DNA of 64,000 bases from assembly GCA_038209365.1 (NCBI GenBank), contig JBBQXS010000013.1, positions 28,959-92,958 on the forward strand. Direction: 5' to 3'. Each line of letters opens with the position of its first letter. The stretch's first letter is position 1. The notes beneath the pieces were generated by a model. The model was not told where the DNA came from and ran no database searches. It was given only the letters and a program-made list of their open reading frames with translations. Positions 26,494 through 37,308 of the stretch are shown here, one piece after another. The stretch comes from Acidimicrobiia bacterium (lineage in GTDB: Bacteria > Actinomycetota > Acidimicrobiia > IMCC26256 > PALSA-610). Made by a program: the position numbers and the translations under genes.

Positions 26494-27978
26494 GTGCGCT
26501 TGCACGACCTCCTCGACCGCCTCCAGCTCTTCGACGACTCCGTCGACCCGAGCGTCGAGGTTCGAGGTGACGACGGCGCCGTCGTGCGTGCCGTCGTGCA
26601 CGACAGCCGACACGTCGTTCCGGGCGCGCTCTTCTGCGGTATTCCCGGAGCGCACACCGATGGGCACGACCACGCGGCCGCCGCCGTGGCCGCGGGTGCG
26701 ATCGCGTGCCTCGTCGAGCGCTGGCTGGACGTCGACGTGCCCCAAGCGCGCGTCCGGTCGGTTCGTGGCGTGCTGGGGCCGATCTGCGCACGCTTCCATG
26801 GTGAACCTTCTCGCGCGATGCGCGTTCTCGGAGTGACCGGGACGAACGGGAAGACCACCACGACGTACCTGCTCGAGCGCGTCGCCGCGGCCGCGGGCGA
26901 GCGCTCGGGCATCATCGGTACGACCGGCGCACGCATCGACGGGGTCTCGCTTCCCGTACCCCACACGACGCCCGAGGCGACCGAGCTGCAGCCTCTGCTC
27001 GCGCGCATGCGGGATACAGGCGTCGACACGGTCGCGATGGAAGTGTCGTCACACTCGCTCGACCAGCACCGCGTCGACGGAACGCGCTTCGCCGTTGTGT
27101 GCTTCACGAACCTTTCGCACGACCATCTCGACTATCACGGCACGCTCGACGCGTACCTTGCGGCCAAGGAGCGGTTGTTCACTCCCGCGTTCGCCGCCCG
27201 TGCCGCAGTGGGCATCGACGACGAGCATGGTCGGCGGGTCGCGCAGCATGCTCGAACAGGTGGCCTCGAGGTGTCGACGTTCGCCCTCGACGGCGAAGCG
27301 GACATCCGGGTCAGCGACATCGCGCTCGACGCCCACTCGTCGGCGTTCACGATCGTGGACGGCCCGCACCGGCACCGCGTGCACACGCCGCTCGTCGGCA
27401 ACTTCAACGTCGCGAACGCGCTCGCCGCCTACGCGACTGCGCGCGCCGCGGGATTCGACGTCGACGCCATTCTCGCCGCGCTCGCCGATCCGCCCGTGGT
27501 GCCGGGACGCCTGGAACCGGTGGAGACCGGCCAGCCCTTCCTCGTGTTCGTCGACTACGCGCACACTCCCGACGCGCTCGCATCGGTGTTGGGCGCGACG
27601 CGTCCGTTCGTGCAGCCCGGCGGCCGCCTGCTCGTCGTGTTCGGGTGCGGCGGTGATCGCGATCGTACGAAGCGCCCCATCATGGGCTCGGTGGCGGTGG
27701 AGTCGAGCGACGTCGCGTATCTCACCTCCGACAATCCCCGGTCCGAGGAACCCGAAGCGATCGTCCGCGACGTGCTCACCGGCATGCGCACGAGCGACGC
27801 TCCCGTCGTCGAGCTCGACCGGCGGCAGGCAATCCGGCGCGCGCTTCGCGACGCGCGTCCGGGGGATGTCGTGGTCATCGCGGGGAAGGGTCACGAGTCG
27901 GGTCAGACCACCAGCGGCACGACGGTGCCGTTCGACGACCGTGTTGTCGCGAAGGAAGAGCTGGAGGCCCGCGTGTGA
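26494..27978 (+). CDS. murE: UDP-MurNAc-L-Ala-D-Glu:meso-diaminopimelate ligase
   Basis: GVTGTNGKTTT P-loop. The DNPR motif (SDNPRSE) indicates meso-DAP specificity. Confidence 0.95.
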   Translation: MRLHDLLDRLQLFDDSVDPSVEVRGDDGAVVRAVVHDSRHVVPGALFCGIPGAHTDGHDHAAAAVAAGAIACLVERWLDVDVPQARVRSVRGVLGPICARFHGEPSRAMRVLGVTGTNGKTTTTYLLERVAAAAGERSGIIGTTGARIDGVSLPVPHTTPEATELQPLLARMRDTGVDTVAMEVSSHSLDQHRVDGTRFAVVCFTNLSHDHLDYHGTLDAYLAAKERLFTPAFAARAAVGIDDEHGRRVAQHARTGGLEVSTFALDGEADIRVSDIALDAHSSAFTIVDGPHRHRVHTPLVGNFNVANALAAYATARAAGFDVDAILAALADPPVVPGRLEPVETGQPFLVFVDYAHTPDALASVLGATRPFVQPGGRLLVVFGCGGDRDRTKRPIMGSVAVESSDVAYLTSDNPRSEEPEAIVRDVLTGMRTSDAPVVELDRRQAIRRALRDARPGDVVVIAGKGHESGQTTSGTTVPFDDRVVAKEELEARV

Positions 27979-29384
27979 CGGCGATGGTGATGACCGCCGC
28001 CGACATCGCGCTCCGGTGTGGTGGCCGGGTCGATGGTGACGCCGGTGCCCGCGCCGACTCCTGGGCGTTCGATTCGCGCGCGCTCGACGCCGGTGCGTGC
28101 TTCGTCGCGCTGCGCGCCTCCCGCGACGGCCATGACTTCGTGTATTCCGCGTTCGACGCCGGAGCACGCGTTGCACTCGTCGACCGCCCCCTGAGACCGT
28201 CACGGCCGGTGCCGCCGGGTCACGCGCTCGTGCACGTGGCCGACACGCTGCGTGCACTGCAGGACATCGCCCGGTCGGTGCGTGCCGACCGGGCGGATGT
28301 GCGCATCGTCGCGGTGGCCGGATCGACCGGAAAGACGTCGACCAAGGATCTTCTGGCAGCGGCGCTGGCGCCGCTCGGATGTCACGCCAATGCCGAGTCC
28401 CACAACAACGAGTTCGGGCTCCCGTTGACGTTGTGCAACGCACCGACGTCCGCCCGCGTCGTGGTCACGGAGATGGGGGAGCGCTTCCCGGGTGATCTGG
28501 CGCTGTTGTGCGACATCGCCCGCCCGCAGGTTGCGGCGGTCACGAACGTCGGCCTCGCGCACGCCGAGCACCTCGGCGGATTCGAAGGGGTCGCGAACAT
28601 GCTGCGCGCCGAGCTGCTGGGCGCGCTGCCGGCGGACGGGGTCGCGGTGTTGAACGGCGACGACCCGTGGACTGCGCACCTCTCGGCCGGAGCCGGCGCG
28701 AGCGTCGTGACCGTCGGAGTTGGGACGGACACCGACTACCGGATCAGTGACGTCGAGCTCGACGGTCAGCTGCGCCCCTCGTTCCGGCTGCAGGGCGCCC
28801 GGCTCCGCGTGCCCTTGCACGGCGGCCATCACGTGATGAACGCCGCGATGGCCGCCACGGTCGCCCACAAGGTCTTCGGCATGCCATTCGACGACATCGC
28901 CGTCGCGCTCGCCGGTGCTTCGACCGGGAAGTGGCGCATGGAGCTGCTCGAGACCGACGACGCGATCACCATCCTCAACGACGCGTACAACGCGAACCCC
29001 ACCTCGATGGAAGCCGCGCTGGTTGCCCTCGCGCACTTGCCGCTTCCCGGTCGCCGGGTCGCGGTGCTGGGCGACATGCGTGAGCTCGGTCGGCATCACG
29101 GCGAGGCCCACCGTGCCGTCGGCGTCCGCGCCGCCGGTCTCGGACTGGACGTCATCATCGGCGTCGGAGCCGGTGGCGCGCTGATCGCCGAAACGGCGCG
29201 CACGCGGGGTGCATGCGTCGAGATCGTCGAAGACGCGCCGGCGGCTCTCGAATGCGTGGACGCGCTCGTGAATCGCGGCGACGCGGTCTTGTGCAAGGCG
29301 AGCCGCGCGGTCGGCCTCGAGGTCGTCGCCGAGGGGCTGCTCGCACGCCGCCGGAGCGACGCGGACGGGAGCGGTACGGCGTGA
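27975..29384 (+). CDS. murF: UDP-MurNAc-tripeptide:D-Ala-D-Ala ligase
   Basis: GSTGKTSTKD P-loop. GTGA overlap with the murE stop. dcw position. Confidence 0.9.
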   Translation: MTAMVMTAADIALRCGGRVDGDAGARADSWAFDSRALDAGACFVALRASRDGHDFVYSAFDAGARVALVDRPLRPSRPVPPGHALVHVADTLRALQDIARSVRADRADVRIVAVAGSTGKTSTKDLLAAALAPLGCHANAESHNNEFGLPLTLCNAPTSARVVVTEMGERFPGDLALLCDIARPQVAAVTNVGLAHAEHLGGFEGVANMLRAELLGALPADGVAVLNGDDPWTAHLSAGAGASVVTVGVGTDTDYRISDVELDGQLRPSFRLQGARLRVPLHGGHHVMNAAMAATVAHKVFGMPFDDIAVALAGASTGKWRMELLETDDAITILNDAYNANPTSMEAALVALAHLPLPGRRVAVLGDMRELGRHHGEAHRAVGVRAAGLGLDVIIGVGAGGALIAETARTRGACVEIVEDAPAALECVDALVNRGDAVLCKASRAVGLEVVAEGLLARRRSDADGSGTA

Positions 29385-30421
29385 TCGCGATGCTGATGGC
29401 GGCCGGCCTCTCCTTCGCGGTGACGATCTTCGGGACGCCGCTGCTGATCCGGTGGCTGCGCGCTAATGCCATCGGCCAGCAGATACGCGACGACGGCCCG
29501 ATCGAACATCCGCACACGGCGAAGGCCGGGACGCCGACGATGGGTGGCCTCGCGATCGTCGTTGCCACCGTGCTCGGATATCTCTTCGCGCACGTCCGCC
29601 GCGAAACGGTCGCGTTCGCGCGGTCGGGGTGGTCCTTGCTCGCGCTCATCGTGGGGCTCGGGGTGGTCGGATGGGTGGACGACTACCTCGGCGTGCGCGC
29701 CCGCCGGAACCTCGGACTCCGCAAGCGCGGCAAGACGCTCGGGATCGTGGCGGTCGGGTCGGCGTTCGCGTGGCTCGCCGTGAATTTCGTGCACACCGAC
29801 ACGCACCTCTCTTTCACGCGCCCGCTGGACGTCGATCTCGGCACGGTGGGGCTCTTCATCTGGGCCGTGCTCGTGATCTATGCGACGGCGAACGCGATCA
29901 ACCTCACCGACGGCCTCGACGGTCTGGCGAGCGGATCATCGGCCTTCACGTTCGCCGCGTTCATGATCATCGCCTTCACAGAGTTCCGCCACCCCGACAT
30001 CTACAACGTGTCAGCGGCGCAGGCGCTCGATCAGGCGATCGTCGCGGCGGCGATGTTCGGGGCGTGCGCCGGGTTCCTGTGGTGGAACGCGGCGCCCGCG
30101 CGCGTCTTCATGGGCGACACCGGGTCGCTCGCGATCGGTGGTGGGATGGCCGGGCTCGCGCTGATGACGCGGACCCATCTGTTGCTGCCCATCCTCGCCG
30201 GTCTCCCGCTCGTCGAGACGCTCTCGGTGATCGCGCAGGTCGTGTCGTACCGCGGCTTCCGGCGGCGCGTCCTCCGCATGGCGCCCATCCATCACCATTT
30301 CGAGGTGGGGGGCTGGTCGGAGTTCACGGTGATCGTGCGGTTCTGGCTGTTCGCCGGAATCTGCGTCGCGTTGGGCATCGGCATCTTCTACGCCGACTTC
30401 CTCCGGTTCGGGTTGGAGTGA
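29381..30421 (+). CDS. mraY: Phospho-N-acetylmuramoyl-pentapeptide transferase
   Basis: GTG 29381 overlaps the murF stop. NAINLTDGLDGLA, MGDTGSLAIGG, and APIHHHFE motifs. Confidence 0.95.
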   Translation: MIAMLMAAGLSFAVTIFGTPLLIRWLRANAIGQQIRDDGPIEHPHTAKAGTPTMGGLAIVVATVLGYLFAHVRRETVAFARSGWSLLALIVGLGVVGWVDDYLGVRARRNLGLRKRGKTLGIVAVGSAFAWLAVNFVHTDTHLSFTRPLDVDLGTVGLFIWAVLVIYATANAINLTDGLDGLASGSSAFTFAAFMIIAFTEFRHPDIYNVSAAQALDQAIVAAAMFGACAGFLWWNAAPARVFMGDTGSLAIGGGMAGLALMTRTHLLLPILAGLPLVETLSVIAQVVSYRGFRRRVLRMAPIHHHFEVGGWSEFTVIVRFWLFAGICVALGIGIFYADFLRFGLE

Positions 30422-30437
30422 CCGTGAGCGCAGCGCG

Positions 30438-31793
30438 GTGAGAGCACTCGTGATCGGGCTGGCCGAGACCGGAGTATCCGTCACGCGTCGTCTCGGCGCG
30501 GAGGGGTGGGACGTGATCGTGATCGAGGACGCCCCGGCGGCGACCGATCGCTATCGCGAGCGCGTCGACGCACTCCGAGCGGTCGGTGCCGAGCTCGTCG
30601 AGGCGCCGGGCGCCGGCACGACGCGCGCGATCGCCGCGCAGGTCGATCTGGTCGTGCCGAGCCCCCTGGTGCGTGCAGCACACCCCGCGATCGTGGCCGC
30701 GAGAAGCGCCGGCGTGCCGGTTCGGAGCGAGATCGATCTCGCAGCCGACCGCGCGTCGGTTCCGATCGTCGCGGTCACAGGTACGAACGGCAAGACCACG
30801 GTGACGTCAATGACCGCGATGATGTTGAACCGCTCCGGACTGCGCTCGGTCGCGGCCGGCAACATCGGCCGGCCGTTGATCGATGCGATCGAGGACGACG
30901 TCGACGTGATCGTCGCCGAGGTGTCGTCCTTCCAACTCGAGTTCGCGGACACGTTCGCGCCACGAGTCGCGGTGCTGCTCGCGATCACCCCCGATCACCT
31001 CGATTGGCACAGCTCCTTCGATCTGTACGTCGCGTCCAAGGCTCGCGTCGCCGCGCATCAGCGCGGAGACGACCTGCTCGTCTACGACGCGGACGACGAA
31101 CGCGCTCGTGACGTGGCGGCGCGGGCGCCGGCGCGACGTGTCGGGGTGTCTCTTCATACCGAGGCGCTCGGGATGTATCACATCTCCGGCGACCGCCTCA
31201 TTGCCGCGGACGGTCGCGAGATCGCGTCCCTGGGTGACATGCGACGGTCGCTGTCGCACGATCGCACAAACGCGCTCGCATCCGCCGCAGCCGCGCTCGA
31301 CGTCGGTGCCACGCCGGCCGGTGTACGCGATGCACTGGCCTCGTACGCGACCATGGCCCACCGCGTCGCGCTCGTCGGCGAAGCTAATGGGGTGCATTGG
31401 TACGACGATTCGAAGGCGACGAACCCGGACGCGACGTTGCGCGCGGTCAGCTCGTTCGACCACGTCGTGCTCCTCGCGGGTGGTCGGAACAAGGGTCTCG
31501 ATCTGTCCGTGCTGGTCTCGCAGTCTTCCCGCTTGCGAGGAGTCGTCGCGTTCGGCGAAGCCGGACCGCAGATCGCGGACGCGTTCAACGCTGCCACTCG
31601 TATCCCCGTCGTGACCGTGACGTCGATGCACGACGCAGTCGCCGCCGCTCGCGGGCTTGCGCAGCGCGGCGACGTTGTCCTGTTGTCGCCGGCATGCGCG
31701 TCGTTCGACGCGTACACCGGCTACGCGCAGCGTGGTGACGACTTCGCCGCCAATGTCCGCGCGCAGCTCGCACAGGAGGCAACCACCGGATGA
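30438..31793 (+). CDS. murD: UDP-MurNAc-L-alanine:D-glutamate ligase
   Basis: VTGTNGKTTVT P-loop. dcw position. Confidence 0.9.
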   Translation: MRALVIGLAETGVSVTRRLGAEGWDVIVIEDAPAATDRYRERVDALRAVGAELVEAPGAGTTRAIAAQVDLVVPSPLVRAAHPAIVAARSAGVPVRSEIDLAADRASVPIVAVTGTNGKTTVTSMTAMMLNRSGLRSVAAGNIGRPLIDAIEDDVDVIVAEVSSFQLEFADTFAPRVAVLLAITPDHLDWHSSFDLYVASKARVAAHQRGDDLLVYDADDERARDVAARAPARRVGVSLHTEALGMYHISGDRLIAADGREIASLGDMRRSLSHDRTNALASAAAALDVGATPAGVRDALASYATMAHRVALVGEANGVHWYDDSKATNPDATLRAVSSFDHVVLLAGGRNKGLDLSVLVSQSSRLRGVVAFGEAGPQIADAFNAATRIPVVTVTSMHDAVAAARGLAQRGDVVLLSPACASFDAYTGYAQRGDDFAANVRAQLAQEATTG

Positions 31794-32992
31794 CCGCGAT
31801 CTCACCGCGCCTGCCGCTCGCCCGGTTCGCCCGGCGCAATCCGCTCACCCGGCTCGGGATGCGTCTCGTCGCGCAGCACAAGGCCCTGCCACGGACGCCG
31901 GCCTACCTCGTGGTGTGCGCGACGGTCGGCGTGCTGAACATCGTCGGTCTGGTGATGATCCTCTCGGCCTCTTCGGTTCGGGCGCTCTCCGACTACGGAT
32001 CGGCGTGGTACTTCTTCCAGCGGCAGGTGGTGTGGGCCACGATCGGATTGGTCGCGTTCGTGGTCGCGGCTCGCGTCGACTACCGGCGCTGGAAGCGGTT
32101 CGCGCCGGGATCGCTCGGCGTCACCGTCGCACTCCTGCTGGCCGTCCTCGCCATGGGCGACCGGGTCAGCGGCTCGCGCCGCTGGCTGGGGATCGGGTCG
32201 TACGGCGTGCAACCCAGTGAGCTCGCGAAGCTCAGCCTGGTCTTGTGCGCCGCCCTGATCCTGACCGCGCGGGCCGACCGCGTGCATGAGTCGCGCGCGT
32301 GGCGGCCGGTCGTGCTGCTCGTCCTGCTGTTCGCGGTGCTCGTGATGCTCGAACCCGACCTCACCTCGACCCTCGTGCTCGCGATCATCGCGCTGGCGCT
32401 CCTCATCGTCGCGGGCGTGCCCAGCCGGGACCTGCTGAAGCTCTCCGCGTACGGGCTCGCCGGCTCGATGCTGCTCGCCTACGCCGAGCCGTACCGGCGC
32501 TCACGAATGCTCGCGTTCCTCCACCCGTCCCAGGACCCGTCCCGTACGACGTATCAGATCCGCCAGTCGCTGATCGCGTTGGGGAGCGGCGGCCTGAACG
32601 GCGTCGGCCTCGGCGCGGGACGCGCCAAGTGGCTGTTCCTCCCGAACGCGCACACCGACTTCATCTTCGCGATCGTCGGCGAGGAGCTCGGGTTCGTCGG
32701 ATCGTTGCTCGTGCTCGGTCTGTTCGCAGGCTTCGGACTCGTCGGGTTCCACGTCGCGCGCCGTACGCCGGACCGGTTCGGGATGCTCGTCGCCGCCGGC
32801 GTCACTGCATGGATCACCGGTGAGGCGGTCATCAACGTCGGCGCGGTCGTCGGCGTGCTGCCGGTGTCCGGTGTCCCGCTGCCGTTCTTGTCCGTCGGCG
32901 GCTCATCGCTCGTGATCACGATGTTCGGCGCCGGCATACTCGCGAACATCGCCCGGCAGGCGCCCGTACACGTCCCGGCGCAACCGTCGTGA
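31790..32992 (+). CDS. ftsW: SEDS-family peptidoglycan glycosyltransferase FtsW
   Basis: 400 aa, polytopic. TDFIFAIVGEELG motif. ATGA overlap with murD. Confidence 0.9.
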   Translation: MTAISPRLPLARFARRNPLTRLGMRLVAQHKALPRTPAYLVVCATVGVLNIVGLVMILSASSVRALSDYGSAWYFFQRQVVWATIGLVAFVVAARVDYRRWKRFAPGSLGVTVALLLAVLAMGDRVSGSRRWLGIGSYGVQPSELAKLSLVLCAALILTARADRVHESRAWRPVVLLVLLFAVLVMLEPDLTSTLVLAIIALALLIVAGVPSRDLLKLSAYGLAGSMLLAYAEPYRRSRMLAFLHPSQDPSRTTYQIRQSLIALGSGGLNGVGLGAGRAKWLFLPNAHTDFIFAIVGEELGFVGSLLVLGLFAGFGLVGFHVARRTPDRFGMLVAAGVTAWITGEAVINVGAVVGVLPVSGVPLPFLSVGGSSLVITMFGAGILANIARQAPVHVPAQPS

Positions 32993-34086
32993 GCTCGGGG
33001 GCACACGGAGGCCGTGTCTTCGCGCTGCTCGCGGGAGGCGGTACCGGCGGCCACACCTATCCCGCGATCGCGGTCGCCCAGGAGCTGCGCTCGCGCGGCC
33101 ATGACGTCCGGTTCGTCGTCGCTCGTCGGGGCATGGCCGGGGAGGCCGTCGCGGCCGCGGGGTTCGACGTCGACCTCTTGCCCGGACGCGGACTGCAGCG
33201 ACGGCTGACGATCTCGAACCTGGGCGCGCTGTGGGCAACGCTGACCGCGGTCGTCCGCGCGATCGCGATCGTGCACCGCTTCCGCCCGCGGGTCGTCGTC
33301 GGCTTCGGCGGTTACGCGTCGCTTCCCTGCGTCGTGGCCGCCCGGTTCCTGCGCGTCCCGGTCGTCGTCCACGAGCAGGACGCCGCGCCCGGTCTCGCGA
33401 ACCGCATCGGTGTCCGGTTGGGCGCGCGGGCCGCGGTCTCCCTTCCGGGTACGCCGTTGCGTGACGCGACGCTGACCGGGAATCCAGTACGCGCTGGCAT
33501 CGCCGCGATCTCGAGAGATCCCGCACACGACCCCGCGTGTGTCGCGGTATACGGCGGGGCACAGGGAGCGCGAACGATCAACCGGGCGGCGCTCGGCTGC
33601 TACGACCGCTGGCGAGGGCGTCACGACCTGGGGGTCCACCACGTGTGCGGGCCGCGCAACATCGACGAGTGTCGCGCGACGTTGGACGCCCGGCGCCGTC
33701 CCGACGACAAGTTGCAATACGAGCTCGTCGCGTACGACGAGCACATGGACAGGCTGCTCGCCCGGACCACGCTCGCGGTGTGCCGCGCAGGTGCCGGCAC
33801 TATCGCCGAGCTCACCGCCGCGGGGGTGCCCGCGGTGCTGGTGCCGTTGCCGGGCGCACCGAGCGACCATCAGACGCGCAACGCACGGACGCTCGAGCGC
33901 GCGGGCGCCGCCGTCATCGTGCCGGACGCGGAATGCGACGCCCGGCGCCTGGACGCGGTGGTCTCGGGATTGCTGGCCGAACCGCGGCGCCTGATCGAGA
34001 TGGGCGAGGCCGCGCGCGCGCTCGGCCGGCGCGACGCCGCGGCCCGCGTCGCCGACGTCGTCGAGGAGCACGCTCGTGTCGCGTGA
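32989..34086 (+). CDS. murG: UDP-GlcNAc:lipid I GlcNAc transferase
   Basis: GGGTGGHTYPAIAVA N-terminus. GAGTIAELTAAGVPAVLVPLP. Confidence 0.9.
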   Translation: MSSGAHGGRVFALLAGGGTGGHTYPAIAVAQELRSRGHDVRFVVARRGMAGEAVAAAGFDVDLLPGRGLQRRLTISNLGALWATLTAVVRAIAIVHRFRPRVVVGFGGYASLPCVVAARFLRVPVVVHEQDAAPGLANRIGVRLGARAAVSLPGTPLRDATLTGNPVRAGIAAISRDPAHDPACVAVYGGAQGARTINRAALGCYDRWRGRHDLGVHHVCGPRNIDECRATLDARRRPDDKLQYELVAYDEHMDRLLARTTLAVCRAGAGTIAELTAAGVPAVLVPLPGAPSDHQTRNARTLERAGAAVIVPDAECDARRLDAVVSGLLAEPRRLIEMGEAARALGRRDAAARVADVVEEHARVA

Positions 34087-35518
34087 CGCGGATGCGCACC
34101 CCACGGTGCCGGCGCTCGACCTCACGCGGCCCCGGCGCGTGCACATTGTCGGTGTGGGCGGTGCGGGGATGAGCGCGATCGCGCTGCTGCTGGCGCGTAT
34201 GGGACACGACGTCAGCGGCTCCGACATCAAGCACAGTGCCGTGCTCGACCGCCTGTCCGCCGCGGGTATCGACGTGCATCTCGGCAACCGCGCCGAGCAC
34301 GTGCCGGCCGGCGCCGATGCCGTCGTCTACTCGACCGCGGTCCCGCGCACGAACATCGAGCTCCGCGCCGCCGAGGACCTCGGGATGTTGGTCCTCCATC
34401 GGTCGCACGCGCTGGCGGCGATCGCAGCGACGCGCCGTACCGTTGCGGTGGCCGGTTCGCACGGCAAGACGACGAGCGCGTCGATGCTTGCACTGATCCT
34501 GCGCGGCGCGGGCTGGGCACCGAGCTTCGTCATCGGCGGCGAGGTGAACGAGGTCGGCACCAACGCCGCGTTCGGGAGCGGTGAGTGGCTCGTCGTAGAG
34601 GCCGACGAGAGCGACGGCACGTTCCTGCGGCTGCAGCCGGAAGCGGCGCTCGTGACGAACATCGAACCCGACCATCTCGACTACTACGGCGACTTCCGGA
34701 CGCTCGTCGGCGCGTTCGAGCGGTTCATCGACAACGCGCGCGGCCCGGTCGTCTGCTGCGCGGACGACGCGGTTGCCGCGAGGCTGGCGCGGGCGCGTCC
34801 CGGCGTGCGGACCTACGGTGCGTCGCCCGGTGCCGACTACCGGATCGTCGACGAGGTCTCCGGTCCGTACGGCTGCCGCTTCACGCTCGAGGTGGACGGC
34901 GAGCGGCGCGGTGAGCTCGCCGTCCCGATCGGCGTGAAGGCGACGACCAATGCCGCCGGCGCGGCGGCGATCGCGCTGGAGCTGGGCGCCGACATCGAAG
35001 CGGTCGCGCAAGCGCTCGCAGGGTTCGGTGGGGTCGCGCGGCGCTTCCAGTACCGCGGCGAACGCGCGGGGGTCACGTTCATCGACGACTATGCCCATCT
35101 CCCCAGCGAGGTCGCCGCCGCGATCGCGACCGCGCGCGATGGGCCGTGGCAGCGCGTCATCACGGTGTTCCAGCCGCATCGCTACACGCGTACGGCGTCG
35201 ATCGGGCGCGACTTCGCCGACGCCTTCACGGCCGCCGACGCAGTCGTGCTGACCGACGTGTATCCCGCGGGCGAGATGCCGATTCCCGGCATCTCTGGCC
35301 GCGTGGTGCTCCATGCCGTCCTCGACAAGCACCCCTCATTACCGGTGACCTACCTCCCGCGCCGCGCGGATCTCGACGGCGTGCCGGTTCGCATGGCGCG
35401 CCGTGGCGACGTGGTGCTGACGTTGGGGGCGGGCGATCTCACGACGATGCCGGACGTGTGGCTCGGCCGCGCCGACCCCGGTGCGCCGGCGGACGCGACC
35501 CGCGAGGATCGCCCGTGA
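34076..35518 (+). CDS. murC: UDP-N-acetylmuramate:L-alanine ligase
   Basis: VGVGGAGMSAIA, AVAGSHGKTTSASM. Confidence 0.9.
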   Translation: MSRDADAHPTVPALDLTRPRRVHIVGVGGAGMSAIALLLARMGHDVSGSDIKHSAVLDRLSAAGIDVHLGNRAEHVPAGADAVVYSTAVPRTNIELRAAEDLGMLVLHRSHALAAIAATRRTVAVAGSHGKTTSASMLALILRGAGWAPSFVIGGEVNEVGTNAAFGSGEWLVVEADESDGTFLRLQPEAALVTNIEPDHLDYYGDFRTLVGAFERFIDNARGPVVCCADDAVAARLARARPGVRTYGASPGADYRIVDEVSGPYGCRFTLEVDGERRGELAVPIGVKATTNAAGAAAIALELGADIEAVAQALAGFGGVARRFQYRGERAGVTFIDDYAHLPSEVAAAIATARDGPWQRVITVFQPHRYTRTASIGRDFADAFTAADAVVLTDVYPAGEMPIPGISGRVVLHAVLDKHPSLPVTYLPRRADLDGVPVRMARRGDVVLTLGAGDLTTMPDVWLGRADPGAPADATREDRP

Positions 35519-36459
35519 GCGCGCTCGATGCGATCGCGGCGCGACTCGATGCCGAGCTCCGCGGTCAAGTCGTGCGCGACGCTCCGTCGGCACCGCACAC
35601 CACGTATCGATGCGGTGGGCCGATCCGTCTCCTCGTCCACATCGAGCGGGAGTCCGACTTCGCCGTCCTCGCACGCGCGCTCGCGGCTCATCCCGACGTC
35701 GAGGTGCTCGTCATCGGGCGCGGGTCGAACCTGCTCGTCGGCGACGCGGGATTCGAGGGCGTCGGACTCCTCCTCGGCGGCGAGCTCGAGCAGCTTTCGA
35801 TGGACCCGAAAGCGGCGCGCGTCGACGCAGGTGCCGCGGTCGCGCTCCCGGTCCTTGCCCGCCAAGCGGCGAAGTCCGGCATCGGGGCGCTCGAGTTCTT
35901 CGTCGGCATCCCGGGCAGCGTCGGCGGCGCGGTGCGCATGAATGCGGGCGGCCACGGCGCGGAGACCAACGACGTTCTCCGCGCCGCCCATGTCGTCGAT
36001 CTGAACGAAGGCTTCGCCCGTGCGCTGACGCGCGAAGAGCTCGGACTGGGCTATCGCCACTCGGCGCTGGGACCGCGAGCGGTCGTGGTCGCGGCATCGT
36101 TCACCGGCCGGCCGGACGCGCCGGATGCGTGCGGGCAGCGGATCGACGAGATCGTGCGCTGGCGCCGGGAGCACCAGCCCGGCGGCCAGAACGCGGGATC
36201 CGTGTTCACGAACCCCGCGGGCGATGCCGCGGGAAGGCTCATCGAGGCCTCGGGCCTCAAAGGGTTGCGGATCGGCGGCGCGGTCGTGTCGGAGAAGCAC
36301 GCGAACTTCTTCGTCGCCGATCCCGGCGCGCGCGCCGACGACGTATACGCGCTGGTCCGCGCAGTGCAGGAACGGGTGGAGACGGAAACCGGCGTCCGGT
36401 TGGAGCCCGAGCTGCGGCTCGTCGGCTTCGCCCACAGCGACGAGGAGGTCGGTCGATGA
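35515..36459 (+). CDS. murB: UDP-N-acetylenolpyruvoylglucosamine reductase
   Basis: GTG 35515 overlaps the murC stop. FAD-binding GRGSNLLV, GIPGSVGGAVRMNAGG, GSVFTNP. Confidence 0.9.
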   Translation: MSALDAIAARLDAELRGQVVRDAPSAPHTTYRCGGPIRLLVHIERESDFAVLARALAAHPDVEVLVIGRGSNLLVGDAGFEGVGLLLGGELEQLSMDPKAARVDAGAAVALPVLARQAAKSGIGALEFFVGIPGSVGGAVRMNAGGHGAETNDVLRAAHVVDLNEGFARALTREELGLGYRHSALGPRAVVVAASFTGRPDAPDACGQRIDEIVRWRREHQPGGQNAGSVFTNPAGDAAGRLIEASGLKGLRIGGAVVSEKHANFFVADPGARADDVYALVRAVQERVETETGVRLEPELRLVGFAHSDEEVGR

Positions 36460-37241
36460 CCACGACCACGCCTACACCTACACCCACATCACCGGCGCCG
36501 GCGCCCATGGACCCGCGCATACGCGAACGGCGCATCGAAGTGAAGCGCGCCGTCGGGCGCCGCCGGCTCCGTGCGCTGCTCGTCGTCGGCAGCGTGATCG
36601 TGACGCTGGGGGTCGCCTTCCTCACCGTCAACTCACCGTTCCTCGACGTCGACCGCGTGCAGGTCGTCGGTGCGCATCACCTCACGCCCGGGGAGGTGCG
36701 TGCATCGTCGCGCGTCCACCGGCACGACGCGCTGCTGTTCGTGGATGCTGGTGCCGCGGCGCGTCGCGTCGAAGGGCTGCCGTGGGTCGAGCACGCGACG
36801 GTCCGTCGTGAGTACCCGGGGACCGTGCGCATCACGATCAAGGAATACGCGCCGGTTGCGTACGTGCGCGACGGCCGCGCGGTTGTGCTGGTCGCCGAGA
36901 ACGGCCGCGCGATCGCGCGCGTGCCGGCGCCACCGGCAGGTGCGACAGAGATCATCGGCGTGCGTCGCGCACCAACCGTCGGGGAGCTGCTCTCTCCGCC
37001 GGAAGCCGCGCGCATCGTCCTGCAACTGCCGCGCAAGCTCGCGCAACGGGTCGCGTCGGTCGACGTCGCCGGGAGCGGTATCGCGTTGCGCCTCGTCGGA
37101 CACGGTGCGATCCGGCTCGGGACCGCGAACGATCTGGGCGCCAAGGCCGCGGCCGCGCTCGCGGTGCTCGCCGTGCGCGGCGCGTCGCCGTTCTCGTATC
37201 TCGACGTCTCCACGCCGGACATGTCCACGCTGCACGACTGA
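36456..37241 (+). CDS. ftsQ: Cell division protein FtsQ/DivIB (POTRA)
   Basis: ATGA overlap with murB. Basic tail, one TM helix, and a POTRA-like VDRVQVVGAHHLTPGEV. Confidence 0.8.
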   Translation: MTTTTPTPTPTSPAPAPMDPRIRERRIEVKRAVGRRRLRALLVVGSVIVTLGVAFLTVNSPFLDVDRVQVVGAHHLTPGEVRASSRVHRHDALLFVDAGAAARRVEGLPWVEHATVRREYPGTVRITIKEYAPVAYVRDGRAVVLVAENGRAIARVPAPPAGATEIIGVRRAPTVGELLSPPEAARIVLQLPRKLAQRVASVDVAGSGIALRLVGHGAIRLGTANDLGAKAAAALAVLAVRGASPFSYLDVSTPDMSTLHD

Positions 37242-37286
37242 TTGCAACCTCGCCGCGCGGTTCGGTAAGGTCTCGACGCCCAGCAC

Positions 37287-37308
37287 AGGTTGACATAATC
37301 ATCAACCT
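37287..37308 (+). promoter_or_regulatory. Palindrome overlapping an extended -10-like element upstream of ftsZ
   Basis: AGGTTGA-cataatca-TCAACCT (7-bp arms). TGaCATAAT at 37291-37299 resembles an extended -10. Lies in a locally AT-rich spacer 117-138 nt upstream of the ftsZ ATG. Confidence 0.3.
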